DNA of 58,164 nt from a virus (Duplodnaviria; Caudoviricetes): the IMG/VR virus record IMGVR_UViG_3300012349_000006, positions 1 to 58,164 of that record; one strand, written 5' to 3'. Below, piece by piece: positions 9,968 through 18,443 of this stretch. The notes beneath the pieces are model-generated. The model saw only the letters and a program-made list of their open reading frames with translations. It did not search any database and had not been told where the DNA came from. Both the position numbers and the translations under genes were made by a program. Numbering within the stretch: the first letter of the stretch is position 1; each line of letters starts with the position of its first letter.

Positions 9968-10878
9968 TAGTACACATTTACTCCAAGAGCCGTCATGTAG
10001 GCATTGATACGATTTGAGATTAGAAGGTGAGTTGCACCGCTCACCCCGGCTCCAATGTAAGCGGCAGATATTTGGTCTGTACTGAAATCTAGGTTTCCTG
10101 AGCTACTATCATTTAACGCTCCAATGCTTAGTGCAACAATAGGCACACTAGTGCTGATGTCACCAAGTGGGCCAAGATCAGTTGAAGATGCATTTCTAAA
10201 GACGCTGGTATTTGAACCATTGGTTCGAGATGCTACTAAAAACCCTTGTGCGGTTGTTACGGTAAAAGTTGGAAATGAGAAGCCATTCATGTCTACGCTT
10301 GCTGTTGCTGCGACATTAAGCGGCTGCACATAAGCGTAGGCTGTACCTCCAGCACCTATCGAGACATAATTTTGCGCCGTAGTTCGGTTGGTCCTAACGT
10401 ACGCACCAAGACTAGCACTATTCAGCACATAGTTAGGAGTTGTTGCCGTGTTAGGGTTGAAATTTGTGCTGAGGAATTGGGTTGTTCCGTTGCCAGTATA
10501 ACCCTGATCGGCGGTGAAACTTGGTGCCGCTGTAGTGGTAAGCCCATAGCTGGTTCCACACAAATTTAGGTTCGCTGTGGTTGTTGTGTTTGTCGCAAAA
10601 ATATAGAGAGCATCGAGCGTTGATCCGCAAGCCCCTGCACCTGAATTTGCCCCATTCACTGTACCAGTAATAACACCATCTGTAACCAATCCACAAATTA
10701 AATTGGTATAAGCAGTTGTTTCTGTACCGCTTAGGCCAGAGGTACGCGAGATAAAGGTAGTGGCTTGTGAGCAACCGCTACTTGATTTAGCTAATGGCAA
10801 CCATCCCGCCGCATTTACATTTGGCAATGGTGCAAAGGTAAGCGCCGCGATTATCGCGTATTTTAAAAGTTTATGCAT
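9967..10878 (-). CDS. secreted protein with probable lectin/LamG-like domain
   Basis: Signal peptide ending NVNA; DALYIFA..LNL..PSFTADQGYTGNG..LSTNFNP pattern of fibre-associated domains; 4 Cys. Confidence 0.6.
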   Translation of the reverse strand: MHKLLKYAIIAALTFAPLPNVNAAGWLPLAKSSSGCSQATTFISRTSGLSGTETTAYTNLICGLVTDGVITGTVNGANSGAGACGSTLDALYIFATNTTTTANLNLCGTSYGLTTTAAPSFTADQGYTGNGTTQFLSTNFNPNTATTPNYVLNSASLGAYVRTNRTTAQNYVSIGAGGTAYAYVQPLNVAATASVDMNGFSFPTFTVTTAQGFLVASRTNGSNTSVFRNASSTDLGPLGDISTSVPIVALSIGALNDSSSGNLDFSTDQISAAYIGAGVSGATHLLISNRINAYMTALGVNVY

Positions 10879-10884
10879 AGTGAA

Positions 10885-11625
10885 CTACCGGCTGTTGTAT
10901 TCTGTAATTAGCACACAACCATTGCCGCCAGCACCTCCTGCTGCGGTTGAAGCTGAGCCTTCAGACTGACCACCAGAACCACCGCCTCCACAGGTTGTTC
11001 CAGCGTTGCCACTAACAGCCGTAGCTGCACCTTGTACACCAATAGCGCCGCCACCATAGGGACCGGAACCACCATAGCCGCTAGACATGATAACAGTAGT
11101 AATGCTGCTACCATCGCCGCGACCGCCCGGAGTGCCAACAATCGTAATGTCACCAGTTCCAGCAACACCACCAGCACCGCCAGCGCCGTTAGCGGTTGTT
11201 GCTGCACCTGTTCCACCAGAGCCGCCTTTACCAACGCACAATGTACCAAGTGATGTATCATTACCAGCGGTGCCATTGTTGTTGCCAGTTGCGGCACCGT
11301 TGGCAGCAGCAGTATTGGTAACAGCCTGAGAAGCGCCGATTTGTGCAGCCGTCAAACGAACGCGAGAGTAAGAACCGGAACCGCCACCGCCACCTGATGA
11401 TACACCTGTAGCTGATGCAGCCGCACCGCCAGCACCGCCGCCCTGTCCGATACACTCTACAACCGCATACAACAGATTAGCATTAGGCGTATAAGTGCCG
11501 TTTGCACTGGTAACGAACTGTTGAAATGTAACGCTGCCAAAAATAGTTGCTGCACCGCCATAAATACCTTGCGCGTGAAGCGGAGCACTGATCAGTAAAA
11601 AAATTAAAGCTAAAAGTTTTTTCAT
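10885..11625 (-). CDS. secreted glycine-rich fibre-type protein
   Basis: Signal peptide ending APLHA; GTYTP..VECIGQGGGAGG..GGGGGSGSY..GGNGCVLITEY glycine-rich domain of phage fibres; 4 Cys. Confidence 0.75.
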   Translation of the reverse strand: MKKLLALIFLLISAPLHAQGIYGGAATIFGSVTFQQFVTSANGTYTPNANLLYAVVECIGQGGGAGGAAASATGVSSGGGGGSGSYSRVRLTAAQIGASQAVTNTAAANGAATGNNNGTAGNDTSLGTLCVGKGGSGGTGAATTANGAGGAGGVAGTGDITIVGTPGGRGDGSSITTVIMSSGYGGSGPYGGGAIGVQGAATAVSGNAGTTCGGGGSGGQSEGSASTAAGGAGGNGCVLITEYNSR

Positions 11626-11626
11626 G

Positions 11627-13624
11627 TTATTTCACCATGCCGTGAATGAAGCCAACCGTGCTTAATGTCAGTGTGGAGCAAGATGTTGAACTGATAGCCG
11701 CCGTCATCCCCACACTATACACAGCGGGAGGACCGGGGCCGTAATTAACACCACCGATTGAGCCTGCTCCAATGGGAACACATTCAACCAAATTACCGGA
11801 AGCAACCCCTGATGTGGTAGCTCCATTGCTAGGCGCACTGGTAGCATTGAAGATCATAAGCCAACATGCCGATGTACAGTCAGCATAAGCCGCATAAAGG
11901 CTACCAGCAGATGCTTTTAAAACTAGACTTGATACAGCAGAGCCGCCAACAACAGGAGTGATGCCAGAATTGGAATTTCCAGTTGGAGTTAGCACGTTAG
12001 GAACTGCCGCCGTATCAGCAGCAGGACCAAGAGCGATAATGCCGGGACTGTCAGGACGTAAAGCAGTAACTAAAGCTGTATTGGTTGCCGTAACTGGTGC
12101 GGTGGAAACTGCGACTTGTCCGGTAGCCGTAGACACACCACCAAATTGAGCAACGTTAACCGATTGGTTAGCTGCTAAAGCGACGTTCAAGGCAGTTGTT
12201 AGATTTGGTTGATCTGTTGCGATAACAAAACGCGGCGTACTGGCAGATTTATTACCTGAATTGGTATCAACTGTAGTAGGCCAATTGGTAGTATTAACAG
12301 CGTTGGTAGTACCGGGTGTGGTCTGATCTATGCCAACTTTACCAATAATGTTTGCACCAGCCGGTGTTGATGAAATGATTTGCAAATAGTTTACATAATC
12401 ACCAAAAGTAACGCTTGGACCTTGCGAAACAGCAGTCATAGTACCGGCTACAGTACCAGATGTAAAAGTAACACTCACGCGAGCATAACGCGCGCCTTGT
12501 GTACCAACCAAAAGATAGTTGCCGTTTGCGGTTGCTCCTGTAGCTGCTGCACTGTAGGCAGGAGGGGCAACGGACATATTAAGCAACGGAACGCTAACCC
12601 AATTGGTGTTATCATTGGAAATTTGCCCAACAACTGTACCAGCCCAAGTACCAGTTAAATTAAATTGTACTGAGTTAGTGCCAACGAGAGCTAATGCAGT
12701 TGAAGTAGTAGAAGATGTAATTGAAAACGCTTGTGTACCATCAGCAGCACCAGTGCAACCGGCAGAGCAATTAACTTTTAAAAATTTTGATGCATCTACC
12801 TGTAGTTGATCCCATGTGGTGCCGTTAAAACCATAAAGCCATGCGTCAGTTGTGCCATTGGTGGAGCTAGTAGCTACACCAGATGAAGCATTAGAGGCAG
12901 AACCACCAGTGCAACCGGCAGAGCAATTGACCAACAACTTTCCACTGTTGTCTAATTGAAACGGAGATGAATTACCAGAAGTAATAGTCGTTGGCGTAGT
13001 GTTGAATTGACCACCGATTAGCCATGAGTTTGCAGGACTTGCCGCATTCTGCCCGGCAAAGTCTGTGATAGCACCAGCATTGCCAAGATTGCGAACTGTA
13101 CCAATGACTTTTGTAGTTTCTGCTGTGAGTGTTGAATTAACTGAAAACGCAGTATTGTCTGATGCAACAGTGACGCGCTGCGACCCTGTACCTGTAACGC
13201 CGTTGCCCATCAGTGGCGTTACGGCGTTAATTTGAGCAACGTTCGTTGACGCATTAGAAGGTGGAGTAGTAGTAACTGTACCGGAAACAGGCTGAGTAAC
13301 TGCGCTACCGTCAACTTTCCATGCTGTAGTGTTTGCCGTATTTCCCGGCTGCACAGTCCAAGTACCAGATTGAGTTGCCGAAACGCTACCAGACACAGGC
13401 TGAGTTGTTGCAGAAGCGTCAACCTTTACTGCCCCACCAGCACTAACTGAGGCGCATTGTGCAGGAGTAGTTAAGTCACAAACAAACATTTGAACGTAAT
13501 GAAAGCCGCCAACCAAAACCGAGCCAAAAGTAGTTCCTGCCCCTTGCGTCATGGTGTAGTTAGCAAAAGAATAAGCTCCACCGATACTAAGCAATGCAAC
13601 TAAAGCTAATATAAATTTTCGCAT
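11627..13624 (-). CDS. secreted fibre-like beta-strand repeat protein
   Basis: RBS AAGGA; signal peptide ending AYSFA; T/S/G/A-rich with KVDxSAxTQPVSG and VNCSAGCTG repeats; 10 Cys. Confidence 0.75.
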   Translation of the reverse strand: MRKFILALVALLSIGGAYSFANYTMTQGAGTTFGSVLVGGFHYVQMFVCDLTTPAQCASVSAGGAVKVDASATTQPVSGSVSATQSGTWTVQPGNTANTTAWKVDGSAVTQPVSGTVTTTPPSNASTNVAQINAVTPLMGNGVTGTGSQRVTVASDNTAFSVNSTLTAETTKVIGTVRNLGNAGAITDFAGQNAASPANSWLIGGQFNTTPTTITSGNSSPFQLDNSGKLLVNCSAGCTGGSASNASSGVATSSTNGTTDAWLYGFNGTTWDQLQVDASKFLKVNCSAGCTGAADGTQAFSITSSTTSTALALVGTNSVQFNLTGTWAGTVVGQISNDNTNWVSVPLLNMSVAPPAYSAAATGATANGNYLLVGTQGARYARVSVTFTSGTVAGTMTAVSQGPSVTFGDYVNYLQIISSTPAGANIIGKVGIDQTTPGTTNAVNTTNWPTTVDTNSGNKSASTPRFVIATDQPNLTTALNVALAANQSVNVAQFGGVSTATGQVAVSTAPVTATNTALVTALRPDSPGIIALGPAADTAAVPNVLTPTGNSNSGITPVVGGSAVSSLVLKASAGSLYAAYADCTSACWLMIFNATSAPSNGATTSGVASGNLVECVPIGAGSIGGVNYGPGPPAVYSVGMTAAISSTSCSTLTLSTVGFIHGMVK
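12748..12928. repeat. 25-bp direct repeat CACCAGTGCAACCGGCAGAGCAATT within the fibre gene
   Basis: Copies at 12748-12772 and 12904-12928, each encoding NCSAGCTG. Confidence 0.85.
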
Positions 13625-13641
13625 AGTTATAAATCCTTAAA

Positions 13642-13824
13642 TTACATGCCAAGCATGGGCAACGGACAACCGGCTGTAGCGTCGATTACACCAGTTCCGC
13701 AGCTTCCAACTGCACCGCCGTTGCCGTTAGCATCGCCAACGTGAAGTAAATTAAATCCGCCAGCATAAGACGCCGCTATGCCTATAGATAGAATAATTGC
13801 TAGGGCTGCGATGAAAGTTTTCAT
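13642..13824 (-). CDS. small secreted peptide
   Basis: ATGA overlap with upstream gene; signal peptide ending AASYA; 2 Cys. Confidence 0.7.
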   Translation of the reverse strand: MKTFIAALAIILSIGIAASYAGGFNLLHVGDANGNGGAVGSCGTGVIDATAGCPLPMLGM

Positions 13825-14246
13825 TGATAATGCACATTGACAATGAATGCATTGGCAGCAGGAGCACCAGTGTCACTATCAGCAATGCCAGTTGTGACAC
13901 ATAGGCTAATGCCTTGAAAATAGCTATCGCCGTTAATATTGGAGACGCTAAATCCGCCGCCGCTAGAAGTTGCACCGAACGGAATTAAATATCTGGCATA
14001 TGGAGTACCAGAGCCGCAAGTTGCTGTAGCCGTATTGTAAAGTTTAATATATGCTATTGCACCAGAATTATTAAAAGCTTCAATGGAGTAAACTGTACCG
14101 GGAGAAGCCTTGATGATGATTGCTGTAGTATTGTTGGGAATGATATTTGATTTTACCGCAATTTGACTGTTAGCATTGAAAGAACTTTGAGCTAATGCAA
14201 ATTGTGGTATCAGCATTAAAAATGCCAATACAAGAAAACGTTTCAT
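13821..14246 (-). CDS. secreted single-domain protein, paralogous to the C-terminus of the 665-aa fibre
   Basis: RBS AGGA; signal peptide ending QFALA; IKASPGTVY motif; 2 Cys. Confidence 0.8.
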   Translation of the reverse strand: MKRFLVLAFLMLIPQFALAQSSFNANSQIAVKSNIIPNNTTAIIIKASPGTVYSIEAFNNSGAIAYIKLYNTATATCGSGTPYARYLIPFGATSSGGGFSVSNINGDSYFQGISLCVTTGIADSDTGAPAANAFIVNVHYQ

Positions 14247-14259
14247 TTCTTTAATTCCT

Positions 14260-14290
14260 AAAAAGTTGCCGGTCCCTTTCGGAACCGGCT
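14260..14290 (-). terminator. intrinsic terminator after the 138-aa gene
   Basis: Minus strand GCCGGTTCC-GAAA-GGGACCGGC followed by AACTTTTT. Confidence 0.65.
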
Positions 14291-14307
14291 GAGTTGGGGA
14301 GAACTGA

Positions 14308-14724
14308 TTAAGATGAAACGAAACGTACCCATTTACCAGCTACAATGCAGCGGTATTCGGCAGATGCACCGTTAGCTAATGCTACACCTGTAGCGCCAGC
14401 CGTACCTTGAATGGTATCCGATCCGTTGCCAAAGACTTGCATTGAAGCTGCTCCGCTATTGGTGATAGCGCAGCGCAAGCCGGGATATGCAACAGGAAGC
14501 ACACAGCTATCGCCACCTGTTGCAACGGTTGAAAATTCAGTATTGGCAGCTACAATAGGATAGGCTGTAGGTCTACCGCCGCCAGCAGTAGCGGTTTTGC
14601 CGCTTTCAGCAGAACCAAGCATTCCACCAATTTTATTAATGTCGTTACCATCCATAAGGTGACGACCGGCATTAAATTGTGGAAATGGAGATGATCCTAG
14701 CACAAGAGGACCGGGTAAAGGCAT
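14308..14724 (-). CDS. probable virion decoration/anchor protein (no signal peptide)
   Basis: VLPVAYPG..GSDTIQG..AGKW beta-domain motif shared with the tail fibre; RBS AAGGA. Confidence 0.65.
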   Translation of the reverse strand: MPLPGPLVLGSSPFPQFNAGRHLMDGNDINKIGGMLGSAESGKTATAGGGRPTAYPIVAANTEFSTVATGGDSCVLPVAYPGLRCAITNSGAASMQVFGNGSDTIQGTAGATGVALANGASAEYRCIVAGKWVRFVSS

Positions 14725-14764
14725 GTTAGTAATCCTTTCTTTAAATGTTTAAATGATGAAAGGA

Positions 14765-15343
14765 TTACTGTACCCGATACCAAGTGGTATTGGCAACGCG
14801 ATAAACCCATTCAAAACAGGATGCAGCGCCAGTGGTAGCCGGAACAACAGTAGCAGTAGGAGAGCCAAGAATAGTAGTACCAGAACCGGCAGTAACAGTT
14901 AAAGCAGTCACAACCTGAGTTGAACAAAGCCCCATTGTCTGATTGTCAACCAAACCAGCAGCAGCCGGGAAAGTGACAGTCAAGGTTGCAATGGTGCCAG
15001 CAGGTTCAAGGATCAAACGCCGCTGTTGTGCAGTCAAGGTAAGAGAGGCACCAGTAAGCGGAGCGTTGTACTGATACGGTCCTGCACCAAGCGAACGCGG
15101 CTGAATGAGGACGGTAGCTGGATTGATACCCTGTGCTTGGTTGGTATCGGCTGGAATGGTTTCGTTACCAGTGAGCGCAGCCGGACCGGCGGCAACAGTA
15201 TTAACGCAAACGCCAGAATTTTCAGAACCGGCGCAATAAGACGCATTGCTTACAATAGGCCAACCGGCAAAGTTGCCAGTAGCATAAGCAATTCCAACGC
15301 AAGCAACTAAAGCAGCAATGGCAAAAGAGAGTTTTTTAAACAT
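14765..15343 (-). CDS. secreted beta-domain protein (SPI signal, or lipoprotein via LVAC)
   Basis: RBS GGAG; N-terminus MFKKLSFAIAALVACVGIAYA; TLTVTFPAA..TTWYRV domain; 4 Cys in the mature part. Confidence 0.75.
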   Translation of the reverse strand: MFKKLSFAIAALVACVGIAYATGNFAGWPIVSNASYCAGSENSGVCVNTVAAGPAALTGNETIPADTNQAQGINPATVLIQPRSLGAGPYQYNAPLTGASLTLTAQQRRLILEPAGTIATLTVTFPAAAGLVDNQTMGLCSTQVVTALTVTAGSGTTILGSPTATVVPATTGAASCFEWVYRVANTTWYRVQ

Positions 15344-15387
15344 AGTTGTAGCTCCAAGGTTAAAAGTATCAATATCAACAGTATCAA

Positions 15388-16020
15388 TTAACCGTTACCA
15401 ACTAGCTTGATCTTCAACGGTAGCGGTTCGTCATTTGATATTGCTGATTTGATATTAGGAGCTTGTTCAACTAGCTTAGGCTGATCAGCAGCCTTAACGA
15501 AAATTACCTTCAAACCTTCATTATTGTTGAAATTATTAATGTTGGTTTCATTCTTATTAAGGAAGCCTCTGACTTCGGCATAAAGTTTTAAAGCGTTAAT
15601 GCGTTCCTTGGCTTCCAAAAAATAAACCTGCTTTTCGGGATGCTTTTCGTTCGCAATCTGCATCAACATAGCTGCGAAGCTGTCCTTGTCAAGCAAGGAC
15701 ATTTCCGCGTCAACAGCTTTCAGATATACGTCTTTTGCAGCCACTACTACAGGATCGGCTAACCAGTTAGAAGCTATCCACAGGGCTGCGCTGGTATCCT
15801 TCTCAAATATTTTACAGGCTGCTTCAAACGGTTTTCCACACTTGCCCCATTCAATCCCGAATTGCTTTTTAAGGGCGTCGTCATCAGCGTAGGAAGGCTT
15901 TGCAGTCTGTTTAGAAGCCCAAGGCGATACAGGAGCTATCGCCGTATTCCAGCCACCAGCGGGCGCGAAAACCTCTTTCGCATTATCGACGCTAAATGTA
16001 GATGGTCCCCAAGGCTGCAT
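15388..16020 (-). CDS. terS: probable terminase small subunit
   Basis: First gene of the late operon; EAACKIF..WLADPVV helical N-domain, LMQIA..ERINALKLYAEVRGF and TNINN tail pattern of TerS proteins. Confidence 0.55.
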   Translation of the reverse strand: MQPWGPSTFSVDNAKEVFAPAGGWNTAIAPVSPWASKQTAKPSYADDDALKKQFGIEWGKCGKPFEAACKIFEKDTSAALWIASNWLADPVVVAAKDVYLKAVDAEMSLLDKDSFAAMLMQIANEKHPEKQVYFLEAKERINALKLYAEVRGFLNKNETNINNFNNNEGLKVIFVKAADQPKLVEQAPNIKSAISNDEPLPLKIKLVGNG

Positions 16021-16049
16021 TCCCCACACATAGCATAAATTTGAAAAGA

Positions 16050-16082
16050 GAAAAGGCCCTGCTTTTGCAGCAGAGCCTTTTT
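16050..16082. terminator. terminator hairpin, probably bidirectional
   Basis: AAAAGGCCCTGC..GCAGAGCCTTTT with T-runs on both strands. Confidence 0.65.
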
Positions 16083-16162
16083 ACCCGGTACTTTACCCAT
16101 TGTGAGCCGGAACAATCGTTGATGCTCAATCTCTAATGATTAAATTTGGTACTGTCAAGCGA

Positions 16163-16330
16163 CTAGTCGCGATTGACTGCATTCCACTGATCATCTTCAA
16201 CGTAACGCGCCATTTCTTCTTCGGCTTGATCCTTAGTTTCATAAACCTTGACTTGCTTGCCGTATTTATAAACTCCCCATTTGTTTTGAGCGTTACGATG
16301 AACCTCATACTTTGCATATTTGGTTGTCAT
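16163..16330 (-). CDS. 55-aa hypothetical protein missed by the ORF track
   Basis: MTTKYAKYEVHRNAQNKWGVYKYGKQVKVYETKDQAEEEMARYVEDDQWNAVNRD; RBS GGAGGA and its own promoter. Confidence 0.75.
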   Translation of the reverse strand: MTTKYAKYEVHRNAQNKWGVYKYGKQVKVYETKDQAEEEMARYVEDDQWNAVNRD

Positions 16331-16356
16331 TTGTCATTCCTCCATTTGATATTGGT

Positions 16357-16385
16357 ACAGTATCAGGACATACAGCTATTGTCAA
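16357..16385 (-). promoter_or_regulatory. sigma70-type promoter
   Basis: TTGACA-N17-TACTGT upstream of the ATG at 16330. Confidence 0.7.
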
Positions 16386-16533
16386 CAGCTATTTTAAAAT
16401 TTGCTGCAATGCAATAATCCCCGTTATTCACAAGGCGTTGTGTCGGATAGCGAACAGACAGAGCTTGAAAACGTGGTATAAAGGGGCAGTATCGTTCGCG
16501 TTCAACCCGCGTTTAATCCTAAAATGTAGGGGA

Positions 16534-16773
16534 ATGAAAAATATGAAATTAGCAAATGAAAGCACAGGTACAGCTACGCCTAAATTTGATAGCAGCTATC
16601 GCCGTTGTTCTTATTGTTCCAATCCGATGCTATTAGTAGAGTGTAAACCGGCCTATGTTGGTACTAATTCCAATGTCTATAGATGCTCTCGCTGTTCTAA
16701 TGTAGAAAAAGTGACAACCGTTACTAGAGCTTGGCTGATGGCTTGCAGTAAAGAGCTACAGCCTCCAACCTGA
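16534..16773 (+). CDS. zinc-ribbon protein (moron-like, opposite strand)
   Basis: CSYC..CSRC, ends WLMACSKELQPPT; G-rich RBS before 16534/16543; followed by hairpins. Confidence 0.6.
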   Translation: MKNMKLANESTGTATPKFDSSYRRCSYCSNPMLLVECKPAYVGTNSNVYRCSRCSNVEKVTTVTRAWLMACSKELQPPT

Positions 16774-16832
16774 ATAGGCTTGCCAAAGTAGGGATAGATT
16801 ATCCCCCCATATCTATTTCACTTTGGCGGTTG

Positions 16833-16880
16833 CCCCAAGGGGCTAGAAGCACCAGCCCGCTCGCCCCTTGGGGTCTTTTT
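16833..16880 (+). terminator. terminator between convergent genes
   Basis: CCCCAAGGGGC..GCCCCTTGGGG followed by TCTTTTTT. Confidence 0.7.
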
Positions 16881-17089
16881 TAAAAATGTTTAGCGATGAT
16901 CAACTGCTGAATTACGATTTGTGCAAATGCATTAGGCCCAAAGCTTAGATTTACTATAAATCCCTCACTGTGAACCTTAGTCATTACGTCTAAAAATGCT
17001 TTGCTAACTTCAATGATTTCTTTTTTGATTTCATCTGCTCTGTCTTGATCAGATTTAGTAGTTACTAGTTTTACAGGTTGATCGTTCAT
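16880..17089 (-). CDS. hypothetical protein
   Basis: 69-aa ORF, ATGA coupling. Confidence 0.7.
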   Translation of the reverse strand: MNDQPVKLVTTKSDQDRADEIKKEIIEVSKAFLDVMTKVHSEGFIVNLSFGPNAFAQIVIQQLIIAKHF

Positions 17090-17295
17090 TTGATTTTCAA
17101 ATCCCTCTTAATCGAATTGAAATAATGCCCGGCAGATTTTGCATTAATCAAATCCTCATATGTTGATTTAGGCACGTCAACATAGATGTAATGCTTGCCA
17201 TTTAGAAACATAACATCTAGCTCTTGCGTAGCGTCGTCATACTCACAGTTAGCTAACATTGAGCTATTGGCAAATTCAAAGCGTTGAATTATCAT
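17086..17295 (-). CDS. KTSC-domain protein
   Basis: SSMLANCEYD..LDVMFLNG..YIYVDVP..YEDLINAKSAGHYFNSIK. Confidence 0.9.
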   Translation of the reverse strand: MIIQRFEFANSSMLANCEYDDATQELDVMFLNGKHYIYVDVPKSTYEDLINAKSAGHYFNSIKRDLKIK

Positions 17296-17453
17296 TTAGC
17301 AGCTTCCTTTAACTGTTCAACTGTACTGGCAGCTATAATAGCTGCCAATTCGCAAAGTTGATCTTTAGTACATTTAAATTCATTGTTGCCTAAATCTACA
17401 AAGCCTAATAGCAAAGCTCCACTGACAATATGTAACTTCTCTGTTTCGTCCAT
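17292..17453 (-). CDS. 53-aa hypothetical protein (not in ORF track)
   Basis: MDETEKLHIVSGALLLGFVDLG.. fills the gap with ATGA coupling. Confidence 0.6.
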   Translation of the reverse strand: MDETEKLHIVSGALLLGFVDLGNNEFKCTKDQLCELAAIIAASTVEQLKEAAK

Positions 17454-17454
17454 T

Positions 17455-17637
17455 TTATATTTTCCTCAATAGCGATAATGCTAGCTCTATGTCTTTGATT
17501 GAAGCTTCAACTTCTCTCTTAGACTTCTTCATATTTTCTATTAGGTCATTTGTAGTAAATATATCAAGCTGAATTGCTGTTAATGAGCTTCTATACTGTA
17601 TCAATCTTGCATCTAATGTTTCAATTGCTGTATCCAT
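17455..17637 (-). CDS. coiled-coil hypothetical protein
   Basis: 60-aa heptad-like ORF, TAATG coupling. Confidence 0.65.
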   Translation of the reverse strand: MDTAIETLDARLIQYRSSLTAIQLDIFTTNDLIENMKKSKREVEASIKDIELALSLLRKI

Positions 17638-17891
17638 TACGATCTTCCTTCAGCATCTTTTAATGACATTGTTTCTACGCTGTAGCCCTTTGACCATGCC
17701 CAAAAGCTCATTCGAGCTAACCAAGCCTTATCTTCGCGATTGGCAAAATCAATCTCTCTACAGTCTATGATTTCATCATTCTGCTTTAGATTATAGATGA
17801 ATACAGCTATCTTGAAAGATTTGACATAATCCCTAAGCGGTACATTTTCAGGCCCAGCAGGATCAGGACGCTTTAGTGTTAAATCATTCAT
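17637..17891 (-). CDS. hypothetical protein
   Basis: 84-aa ORF in operon. Confidence 0.7.
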   Translation of the reverse strand: MNDLTLKRPDPAGPENVPLRDYVKSFKIAVFIYNLKQNDEIIDCREIDFANREDKAWLARMSFWAWSKGYSVETMSLKDAEGRS

Positions 17892-17905
17892 ATTTGTTCT
17901 TTCTT

Positions 17906-18172
17906 TTAAATTGCTAATTTGTCGCCTTCACATACAAACGGTAGCCTAGCCATAACTCCATCTTCGGTCATGGATGGAGCGAATAAAACCTTTCCTGTAG
18001 GTATGCCCACAAATGTTACATGCTTTTCGCATTGAGTGCAGAAGCCATAGATTTCCAGATAGTGTAGAGTATCGTTTTTGAAGCTAATGTTTTTAGTTTG
18101 AAACGCTACTTCTGAATGCCGACATTGAGGCTTGATAGAGTAATCAGGTTTTGTTGACCAATCATCGGACAT
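17906..18172 (-). CDS. hypothetical protein, possible metal-binding
   Basis: CRH..CTQC. Confidence 0.7.
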   Translation of the reverse strand: MSDDWSTKPDYSIKPQCRHSEVAFQTKNISFKNDTLHYLEIYGFCTQCEKHVTFVGIPTGKVLFAPSMTEDGVMARLPFVCEGDKLAI

Positions 18173-18385
18173 TTATTTACAAGCCAAACCTGTCACATTA
18201 TTAATACAAGATGGCGTAATAAGATAATCCTTCAAGTGAACAGAATTATCAGGAGCTTCTATGCATCTATGCTCCCAACCATCCTTTTTAGCCGCCGCGT
18301 GACAGGCTTCCTCACTATGGTATTTTTCAGGAATTATGGCCATAGCAGAGCCTTGGCCTAAAATATATAACACTAAATAATACAT
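18173..18385 (-). CDS. hypothetical protein with hydrophobic N-terminus
   Basis: MYYLVLYIL..SEEACHAAA..C pattern common in small phage proteins. Confidence 0.65.
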   Translation of the reverse strand: MYYLVLYILGQGSAMAIIPEKYHSEEACHAAAKKDGWEHRCIEAPDNSVHLKDYLITPSCINNVTGLACK

Positions 18386-18407
18386 TTGTTATTCCATTTT
18401 AATTATT

Positions 18408-18443
18408 AAAAAGGCCGGATCAGTGAGAGGACTAATCCGGCCT
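18408..18443 (-). terminator. intrinsic terminator
   Basis: Minus strand AGGCCGGAT..ATCCGGCCT followed by TTTT. Confidence 0.7.

Noticed and set aside
7685-15343. Cassette as a host-derived island or assembly chimera
   Set aside because: Same strand, tight coupling with terS/terL, phage fibre-type domains, a motif shared with the tail fibre and the same apparent GANTC avoidance
16126-16317. 63-aa minus-strand ORF from the track
   Set aside because: The overlapping frame 16163..16330 has the RBS, the promoter spacing and a more protein-like sequence
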